Assembly: GCA_030390025.1 (NCBI GenBank)
Contig: JASTWF010000048.1
Coordinates: 930,001 to 994,000, forward strand
Direction of reading: 5' to 3'
Origin: Squalus acanthias
Lineage: Eukaryota
DNA length: 64,000 bases
A program made the position numbers and the translations under genes. The notes under the pieces are model-generated. The model searched no databases and was not told the DNA's origin. It worked only from the letters and a program-made list of their open reading frames with translations. Below are positions 46,218 through 60,370 of the stretch, in pieces (the stretch's first letter is position 1; each line of letters begins with the position of its first letter).

Positions 46218-46269
46218 TATGGAAATACTGAATATTATTTTGGCTCTGGATCCAAACTAACAGTTTTGG
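46218..46269 (+). CDS. TRBJ: J17 YGNTEYYFGSGSKLTVL
   Basis: RSS AGTTTTATG/12/CATTGTG (46190-46217). Confidence 0.93.
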
Positions 46270-49139
46270 GTAAGTAAAAAAACCGTCCCTCGTGTAACAT
46301 TCTGAGTCAAAGGCAAATTTAGTTGTTTAATTATTCAATTATTTTACACTCTGGTACATAACTGCACAAAGCAACATTTCCAATTCGCCCACCAAGATTT
46401 TCGTCCATTTACCCTGATTGCCAAATTATTGCAATGCTAATAATTACGTTTATCTCACAATATTGCAGCAAAATGTATGCTGAATACAAGTAAAGAAGGA
46501 TAAAGCAGAAAAGGTTAAGGGGAGATTTACCAGAATGCTACCAGGGCTGAAAGATTTCAGTTGTGTGGAAAGCATAGAGAAGCTGTGGATGTCTTCTTAG
46601 AACATAGAAGGTTAAGGTAGATTTACGAGGACGGTACCAGGGATGAGGGACTTCAGTTGTGTAGAGATAATAAAGAAACTGGGGCTTTTATCCTTAGAGC
46701 AGGGAAGGAAACTGGGGGATTTTTTTAGAATGTTACCAGGGATGAAGGACTTCAGTTCTGTGGAGAGACTGGAGAATCTGGGGTTGTTCTCCTGAGAACA
46801 GAGAAGCTTAAGGGGAGATTTTCCAGAATGGTTCCAGGAATGATGGACTTCAGTTCTGTGAAGAGACTTGAGAAGCTGGAGTTGTTCTCCTTAGAGCAGG
46901 GAAGGTTAAGGGGAGATTTAATGGAGGTGTTTAAAATTACGAGGGGTATTTGATGGAGTAAAGAGGGAGAACATTTTTCCACTGGGGGGGATGGTCGGTG
47001 ACAGGAGGACACAGATTTAAGATAATTGGCAAAAGAACCAGAGGGGAAGATGAGCAGTTGTTTTTAAGATGTTGTGATCTGGAATGCATTGGCTGAAAGG
47101 CTGGTGGAAGCAGATTCAATCGTAACTTTCAAAAAGGTATTGGATATATAATTGAAGGGAAAAATTGCAGGGATATGGGGAAACAGCAAGGGCGTAGAGC
47201 TAATCAGGTAGCACTTTCAAAGAGCCGGCACAGGCACGATGGGCCGAATGGCCTCCTTCTGCGCTGTAAGAGTCTATGATTCTAAATTGTTCATCTTGTG
47301 TTTCGACAAAGTTGTCCAAAATGGATGGCAATGGTTATCTCGAGAACGTTTTACATAATGTGTTGAAGGCTTTGCTATGGCTGTTAGCAGACGACTGAGC
47401 TAAATGCAGGCTTAATTCTAATGAGAGTCCCCTGAAACAGTACGAAACAATACTCTTCCGCAACATTAATGTTCACCAATATCCAATATAGCCATCAAAA
47501 GTGCAAACAAAGCAGTGGGTCACTTTGTAGAGGAATAGTATTCAAAAGCAGCGAAGTTATGCTAAGCTTACATAGAGCCTTGCTTAGATCACACCCGGAG
47601 ATTTGTGACAAAGTTCTGGTTTCCATATTGCAAAAATTATATAGAAGCACTGCAAAAAGTGCAACAAAGTTTTACAAGGATGATACGAGAACTTAGAGGC
47701 TATATCTATCAGGAAAGACGGAGCAAGCTGGAGCTTTTTCGCGTGTAAAGAGTGGACTGAGGGACGACCTGATCGAGGTCTTTAAACTTATAAAGGGATT
47801 TGTAAGGGAAGAGGTAGAGAAAATGTTTCCACTTATGAGGGAGACCAAATCCAGAGCCATAAATAGAAGACATTATCTAATACATCCAATGGGAAGTTCA
47901 GGTGAAACTTCTTTACACAAATGGTGGTTAGAATGTAAACTGGCTCCCACAGGGAGTGGTTGAGGCGAATAGCATAGATGCATATCAGAACATAAGAATA
48001 TAAAACGCAAGAGCAGGAGTAGGCCATAGGAACCCTCGAGCCTACTCCGCCATTCAATGAGATCATGGCTGATCATCGACCTCAACTCCACTTTCCCGAC
48101 CGATCTCCATATCCCTTGAATCCCCATGTGCCCAAAAATCTATCTCTCTCAGCCTTGAATATAATCAAAGACTGAACGTTCACACCCCACTGGGGCAGAG
48201 AATTCCAAAGATTAACAACACTCTGAGTAAAGACATTCCTCCTCATCTCAGTCTTAAATGGCCGACCCCTTATCCTGAGACTATGCGCCCGAATTTTATA
48301 CACTCCAGCCAGGGGAAACATTCTCTCAGCATCTACTCTCTCAATTCCCTTCAGAATCTTGTATGTTTCAATGAGATCACCCCTCATTCTTCTAAACTCC
48401 AGAGTGTATAGGCCCATGCTACATAATATCTCATCATAGGACAGCCCTGTCATCCCAGGAAACAATCTAGTGAACCTTCGTTGCACCGCCTCCAAGGCAA
48501 GTATATCCTTCCTTAGATAAAGAGAACAGAATTGTGCTCAGTACTCCAGGTGAGGTCTCACCAAAGCCCTGTACAATTGTAGCAAGACTTCCTTACTCTT
48601 ATACTCCAACTCCCTTGCAATGCAGGCCAACATGCCATTTGCCTTCCTTATTGCTTGCTGTACCTGCATGCTAGCTTTCTGTGCTTCTTGCACGAGGACA
48701 CCTAAATCTCTCTGAACACAAATATTTGAAAGTTTCTCACCACTTAAAAAATATTTTGCTTTTCTATTCTTCCTAACAACGTGAATAACCTCACATTTCC
48801 CTACATGATACTCCATCTGCCACCTTACTGCCCCCTCACTTAGTCTATCTATATAACTTTGCAGACTCTTTGTGTTCTCCTCACAGCTTACTGTAAGTGG
48901 AAGCTAGATAAGTAGATGAGGGAGAAAATAATACAAGTATATGCTGATGGGGTTCGATGAAGTGGGGAGGGAGGAGGCTCGCGTGGAGCATAAAAACCAA
49001 CACAGAGCAGTTCGGATGAATGGCCGGTTTCTGTGTTGTAATTTATTTGCCATTCTATATAATATCCACACAACCAATTCCGTTCATCTAGAAGAAAGAT
49101 ACACTCTTACAAGTTTTTGTGTAGGGTTGTAGCATGGTG

Positions 49140-49190
49140 CATCTCAATATGAACAATATTTTGGAGGGGGCACGAAACTAAGCGTTTTAG
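49140..49190 (+). CDS. TRBJ: J18 SQYEQYFGGGTKLSVL
   Basis: RSS AGTTTTTGT/12/CATGGTG (49112-49139); GTGAGT donor. Confidence 0.93.
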
Positions 49191-50891
49191 GTGAGTAGCT
49201 GACAGTACAAGAGGACACGTCAATAATGGATGGACCTAATTGCTGTATAGACGCAGTTCTCTCATTTTTGGGAGGGATATTAGCCGATTAACGAGCAAGA
49301 GCCTTTTAAGGCGGCATTGGTGCATTGTTCTGATAGGTAGTAGGAGGCTCCTTATCTCTGTAACCTCCTGCAGCCCGACGACCCTCCGAGACCTCTGCGC
49401 TCCGCCAATTCTGGCCTCTTGCGCATCCCCCGCATTTAATCGCTCCACAATCGCTTTACAAATGTACAAAAAGACAAGAAGAAACAAAAGTAGTGAAACC
49501 TAAATTGAAAGAAACAACATACCAAGTATTTGTAAGCAACAAGTGCTGTTAATGCGTTTGAAACAACAATACGTGCAGAATATATAGTTTTATAAAACTG
49601 TGGCTAGACCCCATCTGGAGTAACTGCCTTCAGCTCCGGGCACCGCACCTCAGGAAGGATATATTGGTCTTGGAGTGGGTGCAGCAGGAATTCACCAGAA
49701 TGATACCGGGGCTAAAAGGGATCATTTACAAGAGAACAGGTTGTATTGCTTGGCTTGTATTCCCTTGAGTATAGAAGATTGAGGGATGATGCAATTGAGG
49801 TGTTTAAGTTAATAAAATGTTTTAAAAGGGTATATAGAGTGAATCTGTTTCCTCTTTTGCGGGGGTGTCCAGAACAGGAGGCAGAATCTTAAAATTAGAG
49901 TCAGGCCGTTCAAAGGTGATGTCAGGATTCATTTCTTCACACAAAAGGTCGTGGAAATCGGGAGCTCGCTCCCTCAAAAAAGCTGTTGAGGCTAGGCCAA
50001 GTGAAACTTTCGTAACTGAGAGTGTTAGATTTTAGTTGGGTCAGGGTATGGAACCATGTAGGATAAATGGGGTTCAAATACAGATCACCACCGATCGAAT
50101 TGAATGGCGGAAATGCCGAGTGGGTCAATTACTGGAGGCCATCGATCCAACATCATTGACAAAATATCGAGCGGGCAGATGAGGAGAATTATTGCCTCCC
50201 AAAGAGTTGTGGGGATCTGGAACGCTCTACCTGAAAAGGTGGAAGCTGATTCCATCCATAACTTTAAAGGGGAGTGAGACAGATACGTGAGGATGAGGAA
50301 CTTACAGGATTACGGACAAAAAGTGGGAGGGTGGTGGGACTAAGCACGACTGCACTTTCAAACAGCCGGCACAGGCAGGACGGGCCGAATGGCCTCCTTC
50401 TGTGCTGCAAGTTTCTTTGATTCGATGATTCTAACAGGCTCGAGGTGCTGAATTGCCTCCTCCTGTTCCTATATTCCTATACCTTCTTGACATTGGCGTG
50501 ATGTTACTTGTAAATCAAGCCACGGTCTAAAAGGCTTTATCCTTGCTTTGGTTATAATTTCTCGACAAATTGACTCAAACCATTTCATTTCAAGCACTTC
50601 ATATAATAATGAATAAAGAGCCGGACAGAAAGATTGGATTGCGAGAGAGAAAACGGAGGCAGAATGGAAAAGTGAAGAAAACAATGTAAAGATTTAAAAT
50701 TTGACCGTTGTAAAATGTCAATCTCAGACTGAGATGGATTGATTTTTGTTGGGTAATGGCATCCAGGGCTGGAGGTGAGGTGCAGATCAGCCATTAAATG
50801 GCAGAGCAGGCTCCAGGGGCTGAATGGCCTCCTCCTGGTGCTATAGATTGTTTGGCTATTAACAGTTTTGCAACGGGTGTGTAACACTGTG

Positions 50892-50947
50892 TTCTGCTAG
50901 CTCCAATCCATTGTATTTTGATCAAGGAACCAAGCTCACAGTTTTAG
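50892..50947 (+). CDS. TRBJ: J19 SASSNPLYFDQGTKLTVL (FGxG altered to FDQG; ORF status)
   Basis: RSS AGTTTTGCA/12/CACTGTG (50864-50891); paralogue of J13 and J25. Confidence 0.88.
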
Positions 50948-52490
50948 GTAGGTGAAGGAAACAAAGTATTTTTGATTCATCCTATTTGATAGTCTATTGT
51001 TATATTTTGCAATTGCCCATTACTCTTCAGGGTTCCAATTAAGAATGAGAATATCTTCAATCTGGTTATACCGTGCATAAAATATAGAACAGTTCTTGTG
51101 GGGAGCAGAACCAGCAGGGAACTGCACTGGGATGTTTAAATTAGGATGTTATGATGCAAAAGTCTTCTTGCGTTTGGCTGATTTGTTTTGGAACTGGGAG
51201 ACATTTCTCATATTCCTTCCTCAGGAATGTTAATGGGTAGCGTAGAATCCAGGATAGAGGAGACTGCAGGCACTGAACCTAATGGTCAATACATACTTTA
51301 TGGGCTTGTGAGCAAAAATAAGAAAACAATTCGGAGATGTTGCCACTTAAGATTGTTACTTCGCACTAATTTATAAATATAACCTCTTCCTTAATTTTGC
51401 ATTAACTAAGCTTTATCTGCTTTCATAATAACAACAGAAAACGCAGGAAAAACTCAGCAGGCCAGGCAGCATGCGTGGAGAGAGAAACAGAGTTAACGTT
51501 TCAGGTCGAAGACCTTTCGTCAGAACTGGAAAAAAGCAGGAAATGAAATAGATTTTAAAGCAAGTTTAGGGGCTGGGAAAAGGGGGAGAGGATGAAACAA
51601 CAAAAGTAAAGGTAAGTGATAGGATAGAAAGCAGAAGAGAGTTTAAGAGACATTGAGAGACATTAAGAGATATTCAAGGCAAGAGGAGGTGGAAATGGGA
51701 CAGGTTGCGGAACAAAGGATGGCTTTAGACGAAGTGTGAATTATCTGCCTTCATCCGTATAACACACAATCCCATTCATAAACATATTGTTGTTAAGCAT
51801 GTTATGATTAAGATCCTAAAACTGTGATCTTCCGGAGTGAATGTCCATTGTTAATAATTGCAGAATGGTGGAGTCTTTTACCAAACAGTAGATATCATTC
51901 TTGATCCAACCAATTAGATACTTTTTCGGATTAGTGAATCGTACAGCACAGAAGTAGATCATTCGGCCCATCTTGCCAGTGCTGGCTCTGAGTCCCATTC
52001 ATCCCTGTTCTTTCCACATAGCCCTGTAATTTTCTCTCCATCAAGTATTTACCAATTCTCTTTTAAAAATTAAATATTGAATCTATTTACACAACCCTTT
52101 GGAGCAGTGCCTTCCCGTCCATAATAACTCACTGTGTAAACAAATTTATCCTAATCAAAACTCTTTTGCAATCACCTTCAACATATGTTCTCCTGTTTCG
52201 AAATCTCCAGCCAGAGGAAAAGTTTCTCCCTATCTACTCGAACAAAACCTTTATTATTTTGAACACCTGTATTTAATCAGCCCTTGACCTTCACTGCTCT
52301 GAGGAGAACAATTCCAGCTTCTGCAGTCTCGCCTCATAACTGAAGTCCCTCATCCCTGGTCCCATTTTATTAAATCCCCTCTGCGCCTTCTCCAACGCCT
52401 TGACATCCTTCCTAAAGTGCGGTGCCCAGAATTAGAAACAGGGCTCCAGCGGGGGCCTAGTTAGTTTTACTACTGGCCTGTAACATTGTG

Positions 52491-52546
52491 CTCTTCTGAG
52501 AGCTCGATCTCTTACTTTGGTTCGGGAACTAAGCTGACAGTCCTAG
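52491..52546 (+). CDS. TRBJ: J20 SSESSISYFGSGTKLTVL
   Basis: RSS AGTTTTACT/12/CATTGTG (52463-52490). Confidence 0.93.
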
Positions 52547-53633
52547 GTAAGCACGAATGGATCTGAGTATTCAACGTTCATGTTCTTTCCTTGCTTCATA
52601 ATTTCCCAAAACTCACAAACCTAGAGGAATAGTGGAAAATTTGGGGTAACTCAAGATGTAAAATTTACGAAGGCAGTACTATGAAACAGTCAGGTTACAA
52701 GACGAATTGCCCCTGATTTGAAATCACCATCCTTTCCTAATTGTGGTTGTAATCATTGTTTATCCAAAGTGTATATCAAAGTATCCTTTATTCAAACTCT
52801 TAATTCCTCTGAGTCCTTTTTTTTAATTTGCAGACGTTGAAAGCGCTAAGCTCCATAGTTCAGACCACCAACAGTGCTAAATTACATAGCGTTAGCAGCA
52901 CCGAAACAGGCCATTCGGCCCACCTGGTCCATGCTGTTGTTTATGCTCCACACGAACCTCCTCCTACCCCGCTTCATATAACGCTATTACCACATCCTTC
53001 TATTAATTTCTCCCTCATGTGTTCAGCTAGCCTTCTCTTAAATGTATCTATGCTAGTGCCTCAACTACTCCACATTGCACATTCTCTCTACTCTCCGAGT
53101 AAAGAAGTTCCTCTTAAATTCGCTATTAGATTTATTGCTGACTATCTTATATTTATGGCCCCGAGTCCAGGACGCCCCCACACGTGGAAACAGTTTATCT
53201 ACCTCTACCCGATCAAACCCTACCATCATTTTAAAACCTCTATCAGTTCACCCCTCAGCCTTCTCTTTCCTAGACGAAAGATCACCCGCCTGTTCAGTCG
53301 TTTCTGATAGGTATAACCTCTCAGTTCAGATATAATCGTAATAAATGTTATTCGAATCTCCTCCAGTGCCTCTATATCCATTCTATAATATAGAGACCAG
53401 AACTATGAAACGTACTCCAAGTGTCATTTAACTAAAGTTTTAAATAGGTTTACCTTAATGTCTCTACTTTGAAATGCTATCCTTATAGAATTTAATATTG
53501 TAGAGAAGGCCAGATAAATCTAGGCATTGCAGTTAGTTGAACAGATAATGTTCAAAGGTGTCAAAGAATCAGTTAAGCTTTTTCGTGTAATCATTAGGCT
53601 CCAGTAGTTTTGATACTGCTTTGTAACACTGTG

Positions 53634-53689
53634 TTCTGGAGGAAACACTCCTCTCTTCTTTGGCGATGGTACAAAATTAACAGTGTTGG
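53634..53689 (+). CDS. TRBJ: J21 SGGNTPLFFGDGTKLTVL (same as J15)
   Basis: RSS AGTTTTGAT/12/CACTGTG (53606-53633). Confidence 0.93.
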
Positions 53690-54907
53690 GTAAGTAAAAC
53701 TGAGCCATTTACTCTTCCATTGGCCAGTCTAAAGGCATTTATTTTCACCAATGTAGAAACAAAAATGGAATGCTAAACTAATAGTGATTATGTTCAGCAC
53801 TAAACACAGCAAGGAAAGACTGCTGTAAATTTGATAACAGATGGAGCTCAGTATTCAACGTTCATCTTCTTTCATTGATTCATAATCGTCAAAACTCACA
53901 AACCTAAAGGAATACTGGAAAATTTGGGGTAAATTTGAATCTCAAGATGTAAAATTTACGAAGGCAGCGTTGTGAAACAGTCAGGTTACAAGAGGAATTG
54001 CCCCTGATTTGAAATCACCATACTTTCCTAATTGAGGTTGTAATCATTTTTTATCCAAAGTGTCCATCAAATAACCTTTATTCAAACTCTTAATTGTTCG
54101 GAGTACTTTTTTTAAATTTGCAATACTTTTAAGCGCTAAGCTCCATAGTTCAGACCACCAACAGAGCTGAATTACATAGCGTTAGCAGCACCGAAACAGG
54201 CCATTCGGCCCACCTGGCCCATGCTGTTGTTTATGCTCCATACGTACCTCCTCCTACCCCGCTTCATTTAACGCTATTACCACATCCTTCTATTAATTTC
54301 TCCCTCATGTGTTTAGCTAGCCTTCCCTTAAATGTATCTATGCTAGTCTCCTCAACTACTCCACATTGCACATTCTCACTACTCTCCAAGTAAAGAAGTT
54401 CCTCTTAAATTCGCTATTAGATTTATTGCTGACTATCTTATATTTATGGCCCCGAGTCCAGGACGCCCCCACACGTGGAAAGAGTGTATCTACCTCTACC
54501 CGAACAAACCCTACCATAATTTTAAAAACCTCTATCAGGTAACCCCTCAGCCTTCTCTTTCATAGAGAAAAGATCCCCAGCCTGTTCAGCCTGATAGGTA
54601 TAACCTCTCAGTAGTAAATGTTATTCGAATCTTCTCCAGTGCCACTATATCCATTCTATAATATAGAGACCAGAACTATAAACCGTACACCAAGTGTAAT
54701 CTAACCAAGGTTTTAAATAGCTTCACCTTAATGTCTCTACTTTTAAATGCTATCCTTCTAGAATTGAATAGGGCAGAGAAGGCCAGATAAATCTAGGCAT
54801 TGCAGCTATTTGAACAGATGATGTCCAAGGGTGTCAAAGAGTCAGAATAAGCTTTATCGTGCAATCATTAGGCTCCAGTAGTTTTGATAATGCTTTGTAA
54901 CACTGTG

Positions 54908-54963
54908 TTCTGGAGGAACCACTACTCTCTTCTTTGGCGATGGTACAAAATTAACAGTGTTGG
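54908..54963 (+). CDS. TRBJ: J22 SGGTTTLFFGDGTKLTVL (same as J16)
   Basis: RSS AGTTTTGAT/12/CACTGTG (54880-54907). Confidence 0.93.
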
Positions 54964-55636
54964 GTAAGTAAAGCTGAGCCATTTACTCTTCCATTGGCCA
55001 GTCTAAAGGCATTTATTTTCACCAATGTAGAATGAAAAAGGGAATCCTAATCTAATAGTGATTATTTTAAGTATTAAACTCAGCATGGAAGGACTGCTGT
55101 AAGTTTGATAACAGATGTAAATCCTTGTCAGCAATTATTGAAAATAAACCCACATCCCGGATAGTCTGTTTTAATCAAACATAGGACCAGGAGGTTAACA
55201 TTCAGCCCCTTGAGCCTGTTCTGCCATTCAATTAGATCATGGCTGATCTGTATTTTAACTTCATCTACAGGCATTTGGTTCCATAACCCTTAATAAAACT
55301 TACGCAACAAAAAATGATTTGATGTAATAAACAAAGTCAGAAACTAGTCAAGGGCTTAGAATGTAGGATATCAGAGGGAAAATTCACCTAGTCTTTCTTC
55401 ATGAACATAAATAAATGGGCTACACAAGGGATAGGGATTAGAACGTTGTTGAAACACTCTTTAAAATCAGGATTTATATCGAGAGGTCAGTAGCAAGCTT
55501 CAAACAGTTTAGCAATTTAATCTATGCTTTCTTTATATACTCAGTTAATAAAGGGAACAAGGTACGGAATTGTCGGCCTAAGACAACGTTGAAATGTGAG
55601 GTCACCGTAGTTTTATGATAGCAATGTAGCATTGTG

Positions 55637-55688
55637 TATGGAAATACTGAATATTATTTTGGCTCTGGTTCCAAAATAACAGTGTTGG
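55637..55688 (+). CDS. TRBJ: J23 YGNTEYYFGSGSKITVL
   Basis: RSS AGTTTTATG/12/CATTGTG (55609-55636). Confidence 0.93.
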
Positions 55689-58558
55689 GTAAGTAAGAAA
55701 ACCGTCCCTCGTGTAACATTCTGAGTCAAAGGCAAATTTAGTTGTTTAATTATTCAATTATATTACACTCTGGTACATAACTGCACAAAGCAACATTTCC
55801 AATTCGCCCACCAAGACTTTCGTCCTTTTACCCTGATTCCCAAATTATTGCAATGATAATAATTACGTTTATCTCACAATATTGCAGCAAAATGTATGCT
55901 GAATACAAGTAAAGAAGGATAAAGCAGAAAAGGTTAAGGGGAGATTTACCAGAATGCTACCAGGGCTGAAAGATTTCAGTTGTGTGGAAAGCATAGAGAA
56001 GCTGTGGTGTCTTCTGAGAACATAGAAGGTTGAGGTAGATTTACGAGGACGGTACCAGGGATGAGGGACTTCAGTTGTGTTGAGATAATAGAGAAGCTGG
56101 GGCTTTTATCCTTAGAGCAGGGAAGGAAAATGGGGGATTTTTTTAGAATGTTACCAGGGATGAAGGACTTCAATTCTGTGGAGAGACTGGATAATCTGGG
56201 ATTGTTCTCCTGAGAACAGAGAAGCTTAAGGGGAGATTTTCCAGAATGGTTCCAGGAATGATGGACTTCTGTTCTGTGAAGAGACTTGAGAAATTGGAGT
56301 TGTTCTCCTTAGAGCAGGGAAGGTTAAGGGGAGATTTAATAGAGGTGTTTAAAATTACGAGGGGTATTTGATGAAGTAAAGAGGGAGAAAATTTTTCCGC
56401 TAGGGGGGATGGTCGGTGACAGGAGGACACATATTTAAGATAATTGGCAAAAGAACCAGAGGGGAAGATGAGCAGTTGTTTTTAAGCTGTTGTGATCTGG
56501 AATGCATTGGCTGAAAGGCTGGTGGAAGCAGATTCAATCGTAACTTTCAAAAAGGTATTGGATATATAATTGAAGGGAAAAATTGCAGGGATGTGGGGAA
56601 AGAGCACGGGCGTAGAGCTAATCAGGTAGCACTTTCAAAGAGCCGGCACAGGCACGATGGGCCGAATGGGCTCCTTCTGCGCTGTAAGAGTCTATGATTC
56701 TAAATTGTTCATCTTGTGTTTCGACAAAGTTGTCCAAAATGGAAGGCAATTGTTATCTCGAGAACGTTTTACATATTGTGTTGAAGGCTTTGCTATGGCT
56801 GTTAGCAGACGACTGAGCAAAATGCAGGCTTAATTCTAATGAGAGTCCCCTGAAACAGTACGAAACAATACTCTTCCGCAACATTAATGTTCACCAATAT
56901 CCAATATAGCCATCAAAAGTGCAAACAAAGCAGTGAGTCACTTTGTAGAGGAATAGTATTCAAAAGTAGCGAAGTTATGCTAAGCTTACATAGAGCCTTG
57001 CTTAGATCACACCCGGAGAGTTGTGACAAAGTTCTGGTTTCCATATTGCAAAAATTATATAGAAGCACTGCAAAAAGTGGAACAAAGTTTTACAAGGATG
57101 ATACCAGAACTTAGAGGCTATATCTATCAGGAAAGACGGAGCAAGCTGAGCTTTTTCGCGTGTAAAGAGTGGACTGAGGGACGATCTGATAGAGGTCTTT
57201 AAACTTATAAAGGGATTTGTAAGGGAAGAGGTAGAGAAAATGTTTCCACTTATGGGGGAGACCAAATCCAGAGCCATAAATAGAAGACAGTATCTAATAC
57301 ATCCAATGGGAAGTTCAGGTGAATCTTCTGTACATAGATAGTGATTAGAATGTGGAACTGGCTCCCACAGGGTGTGGTTGAGGCGAATAGCATAGATGCA
57401 TATAAGAACATAAGAACATAAAAAGCAAGAACATGAGTCGGCCACACGAAACCTCGAGCCTACTCCGCCATTCAATGAGATCATGGCTGAACATCGACCT
57501 CAAATCCACTTTCCCGCCCGATCTCCATATCCCTTGGGATCCCCATGTGTCCAAAAATCTATCTCTCTCAGCCTTGAATATACTCAAAGACTGAACGTTC
57601 ATAACCCTCTGGGGCAGAGAATTCCAAAGATTAACAACACTCTGAGTAAAGACATTCCTCCTCATCTCAGTCTTAAATGGCCTACACCTTATCCTGAGAC
57701 TATGCACCCTAGTTTTAGACACTCCAGCCAGGGGGAAACAACCTCTCAGCATCTACTCTCTCAATTCACTTCAGAATCTTGTATGTTTCAATAAGATCAC
57801 ACCTCATTCTTCTGAACTCCAGAGAGTATAGGCCCATGCTACACAATATCTCATCATAGGACAGCCCTCTCATCCCAGGAATCAATCTGGTGAACCTTCG
57901 TTGCACCGCCTCCAAGGCAAGCATATCGTTCCTTAGATAAAGATAACAGAATTGTGCTCAGTACTCCAGGTGAGGTCTCACCAATGCCCTGTACAATTGT
58001 AGCAAGACTTCCTTACTCTTATACTCCAACTCCCTTGCAATGCAGGCCAACATGCCATTTGCCTTCCTTATTGCTTGCTGTACCTGCATGCTAGATTTCT
58101 GTACTTCTTGCACGAGGACACCTAAATCTCTCTGAACACCAATATTTGAAAGTTTCTCACCACTTATAAAATATTTTGTTTTTCTATTCTTCTACCAAAG
58201 TGAATAACCTCACATTTCCCTACATGATACTCCATCTGCCACCTTACTGCCCCCTCACTTAGTCTATCTATATAACTTTGCAGACTCTTTGTGTTCTCCT
58301 CACAGCTTACTGTAAGGGGAAGCTAGATAAGTAGATGAGGGAGAAAATAATACAAGTATATGCTGATGGGGTTCGATGAAGTGGGGAGGGAGGAGGCTCG
58401 CGTGGAGCATAAACACCAACACAGAGCAGTTCGGATGAATGGCCGGTTTCTGTGCTGTAATTTATTTGCCATTCTATATAATATCCCCACAACCAATTCC
58501 GTTCATGTAGAAGAGAGATACACTCTTACAAGTTTTTGTGTAGGGTTGTAGCATGGTG

Positions 58559-58609
58559 CATCTCAATATGAACAATATTTTGGAGGGGGCACGAAACTAA
58601 GCGTTTTAG
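58559..58609 (+). CDS. TRBJ: J24 SQYEQYFGGGTKLSVL (same as J18)
   Basis: RSS AGTTTTTGT/12/CATGGTG (58531-58558). Confidence 0.93.
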
Positions 58610-60314
58610 GTGAGTAGCTGACAGTACAAGAGGACAGGTCAATAATGGATGGACCTAATTGCTGTATAGACGCAGTTCTCTCATTTTTGGGAGGGATATT
58701 AGCCGATTAACGAGCAAGAGCCTTTTAAGGCGGCATTGGTGCATTGTTCTGATAGGTAGTAGGAGGCTCCTTATCTCTGTAACCTCCTGCAGCCCTACGA
58801 CCCTCCGAGACCTCTGCGCTCCGCCAATTCTGGCCACTTGCGCATCCCCCGCATTTAATCGATCCACAATCGGTTTACAAATGTACAAAAAGACAAGAAG
58901 AAACAACAGTAGTGAAACCTAAATTGAAAGAAACAACATACCAAGTATTTGGCAGCAACAAGTGATGTTAATGCGTTTGAAAGAACAATACGTGCAGAAT
59001 ATATAGTTTTATAAAGCTGTGGCTAGACCCCATCTGGAGTAACTGCCTTCAGCTCCGGGGACCGAACCTCAGGAAGGATATATTAGTCTTGGAGTGGGTG
59101 CAGCAGGAATTCACCAGAATGATACCGGGGCTAAAAGGGATCATTTACAAGAGAACAGGTTGTATTGCTTGGGTTGTATTCCCTTGAGTATAAAAGATTG
59201 AGGGATGATGCAATTGAGGTGTTTCATGCTAATAAAATGATTTACTAGGGTATATAGAGTGAATCTGTTTCGTCTGTTGCGGGGGTGTCCAGAACAGGAG
59301 GCAGAATCTTAAAATGAGAGTCAGGCCGTTCAAAGGTGATGTCAGGATTCATTTCTTCACACAAAAGGTCGTGGAAATCGGGAGCTCGCTCCCTCAAAAA
59401 AGCTGTTGAGGCTAGGCCAAGTGAAACTTTCGTATCTGAGAGTGTTAGATTTTAGTTGGGTCAGGGTATGGAACCATGTAGGATAAATGGGGTTCAAATA
59501 CAGATCACCACCGATCGAATTGAATGGTGGAAATGCCGAATGGGTCAATTACTGGAGGCCATCGATCCAACATCATTGGCAAAATATCGAGCGGGGAGAT
59601 GAGGAGAATTATTGCCTCCCAAAGAGTTGTGGGGATCTGGAACGCTCTACCTGAAAAGGTGGTGGAAGCTGATTCCATCGATAACTTTAAAGGGGAGTGA
59701 GACAGATACGTGAGGATGAGGAACTTACAGGATTACGGACAAAAAGTGGGAGGGTGGTGGGACTAAGCACGACTACACTTTCAAAGAGCCGGCACAGGCA
59801 GGACGGGCCGAATGGCCTCCTTCTGTGCTGCAAGTTTGTTTGATTCGATGATTCTAACAGGCTCGAGGTGCTGAATTGCCTCCTCCTATTCCTATATTCC
59901 TATACCTTCTTAACATTGGCGTGATGTTACTTGTAAATCAAGCCACGGTCTAAAAGGCTTCATGCTTGCTTTGGTTATAATTTCTCGACAAATTGACTCA
60001 AACCATTTCATTTCAAGCACTTCATATAATAAAACATAAAGAGACGGACAGAAAGATTGGATTGCGAGAGAGAAAAAGGAGGCAGAATGGAAAAGTGAAG
60101 AAAACAATGTAAAGATTTAAAATTTGACCGTTGTAAAATGTCTATCTCAGACTGAGATGGATTGATTTTTGTTGGGTAATGGCATCCAGGGCTGGAGGTG
60201 AGGTGCAGATCAGCCATTAAATGGCAGAGCAGGCTCAAGGGGCTGAATGGCCTCCTCCTGGTGCTATAGCTTGTTTGGCTGTTAACAGTTTTGCAACGGG
60301 TGTGTAACACTGTG

Positions 60315-60370
60315 TTCGGCTAGCACCAATCCATTGTATTTTGGTCAAGGAACCAAGCTCACAGTTTTAG
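60315..60370 (+). CDS. TRBJ: J25 SASTNPLYFGQGTKLTVL
   Basis: RSS AGTTTTGCA/12/CACTGTG (60287-60314). Confidence 0.93.
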
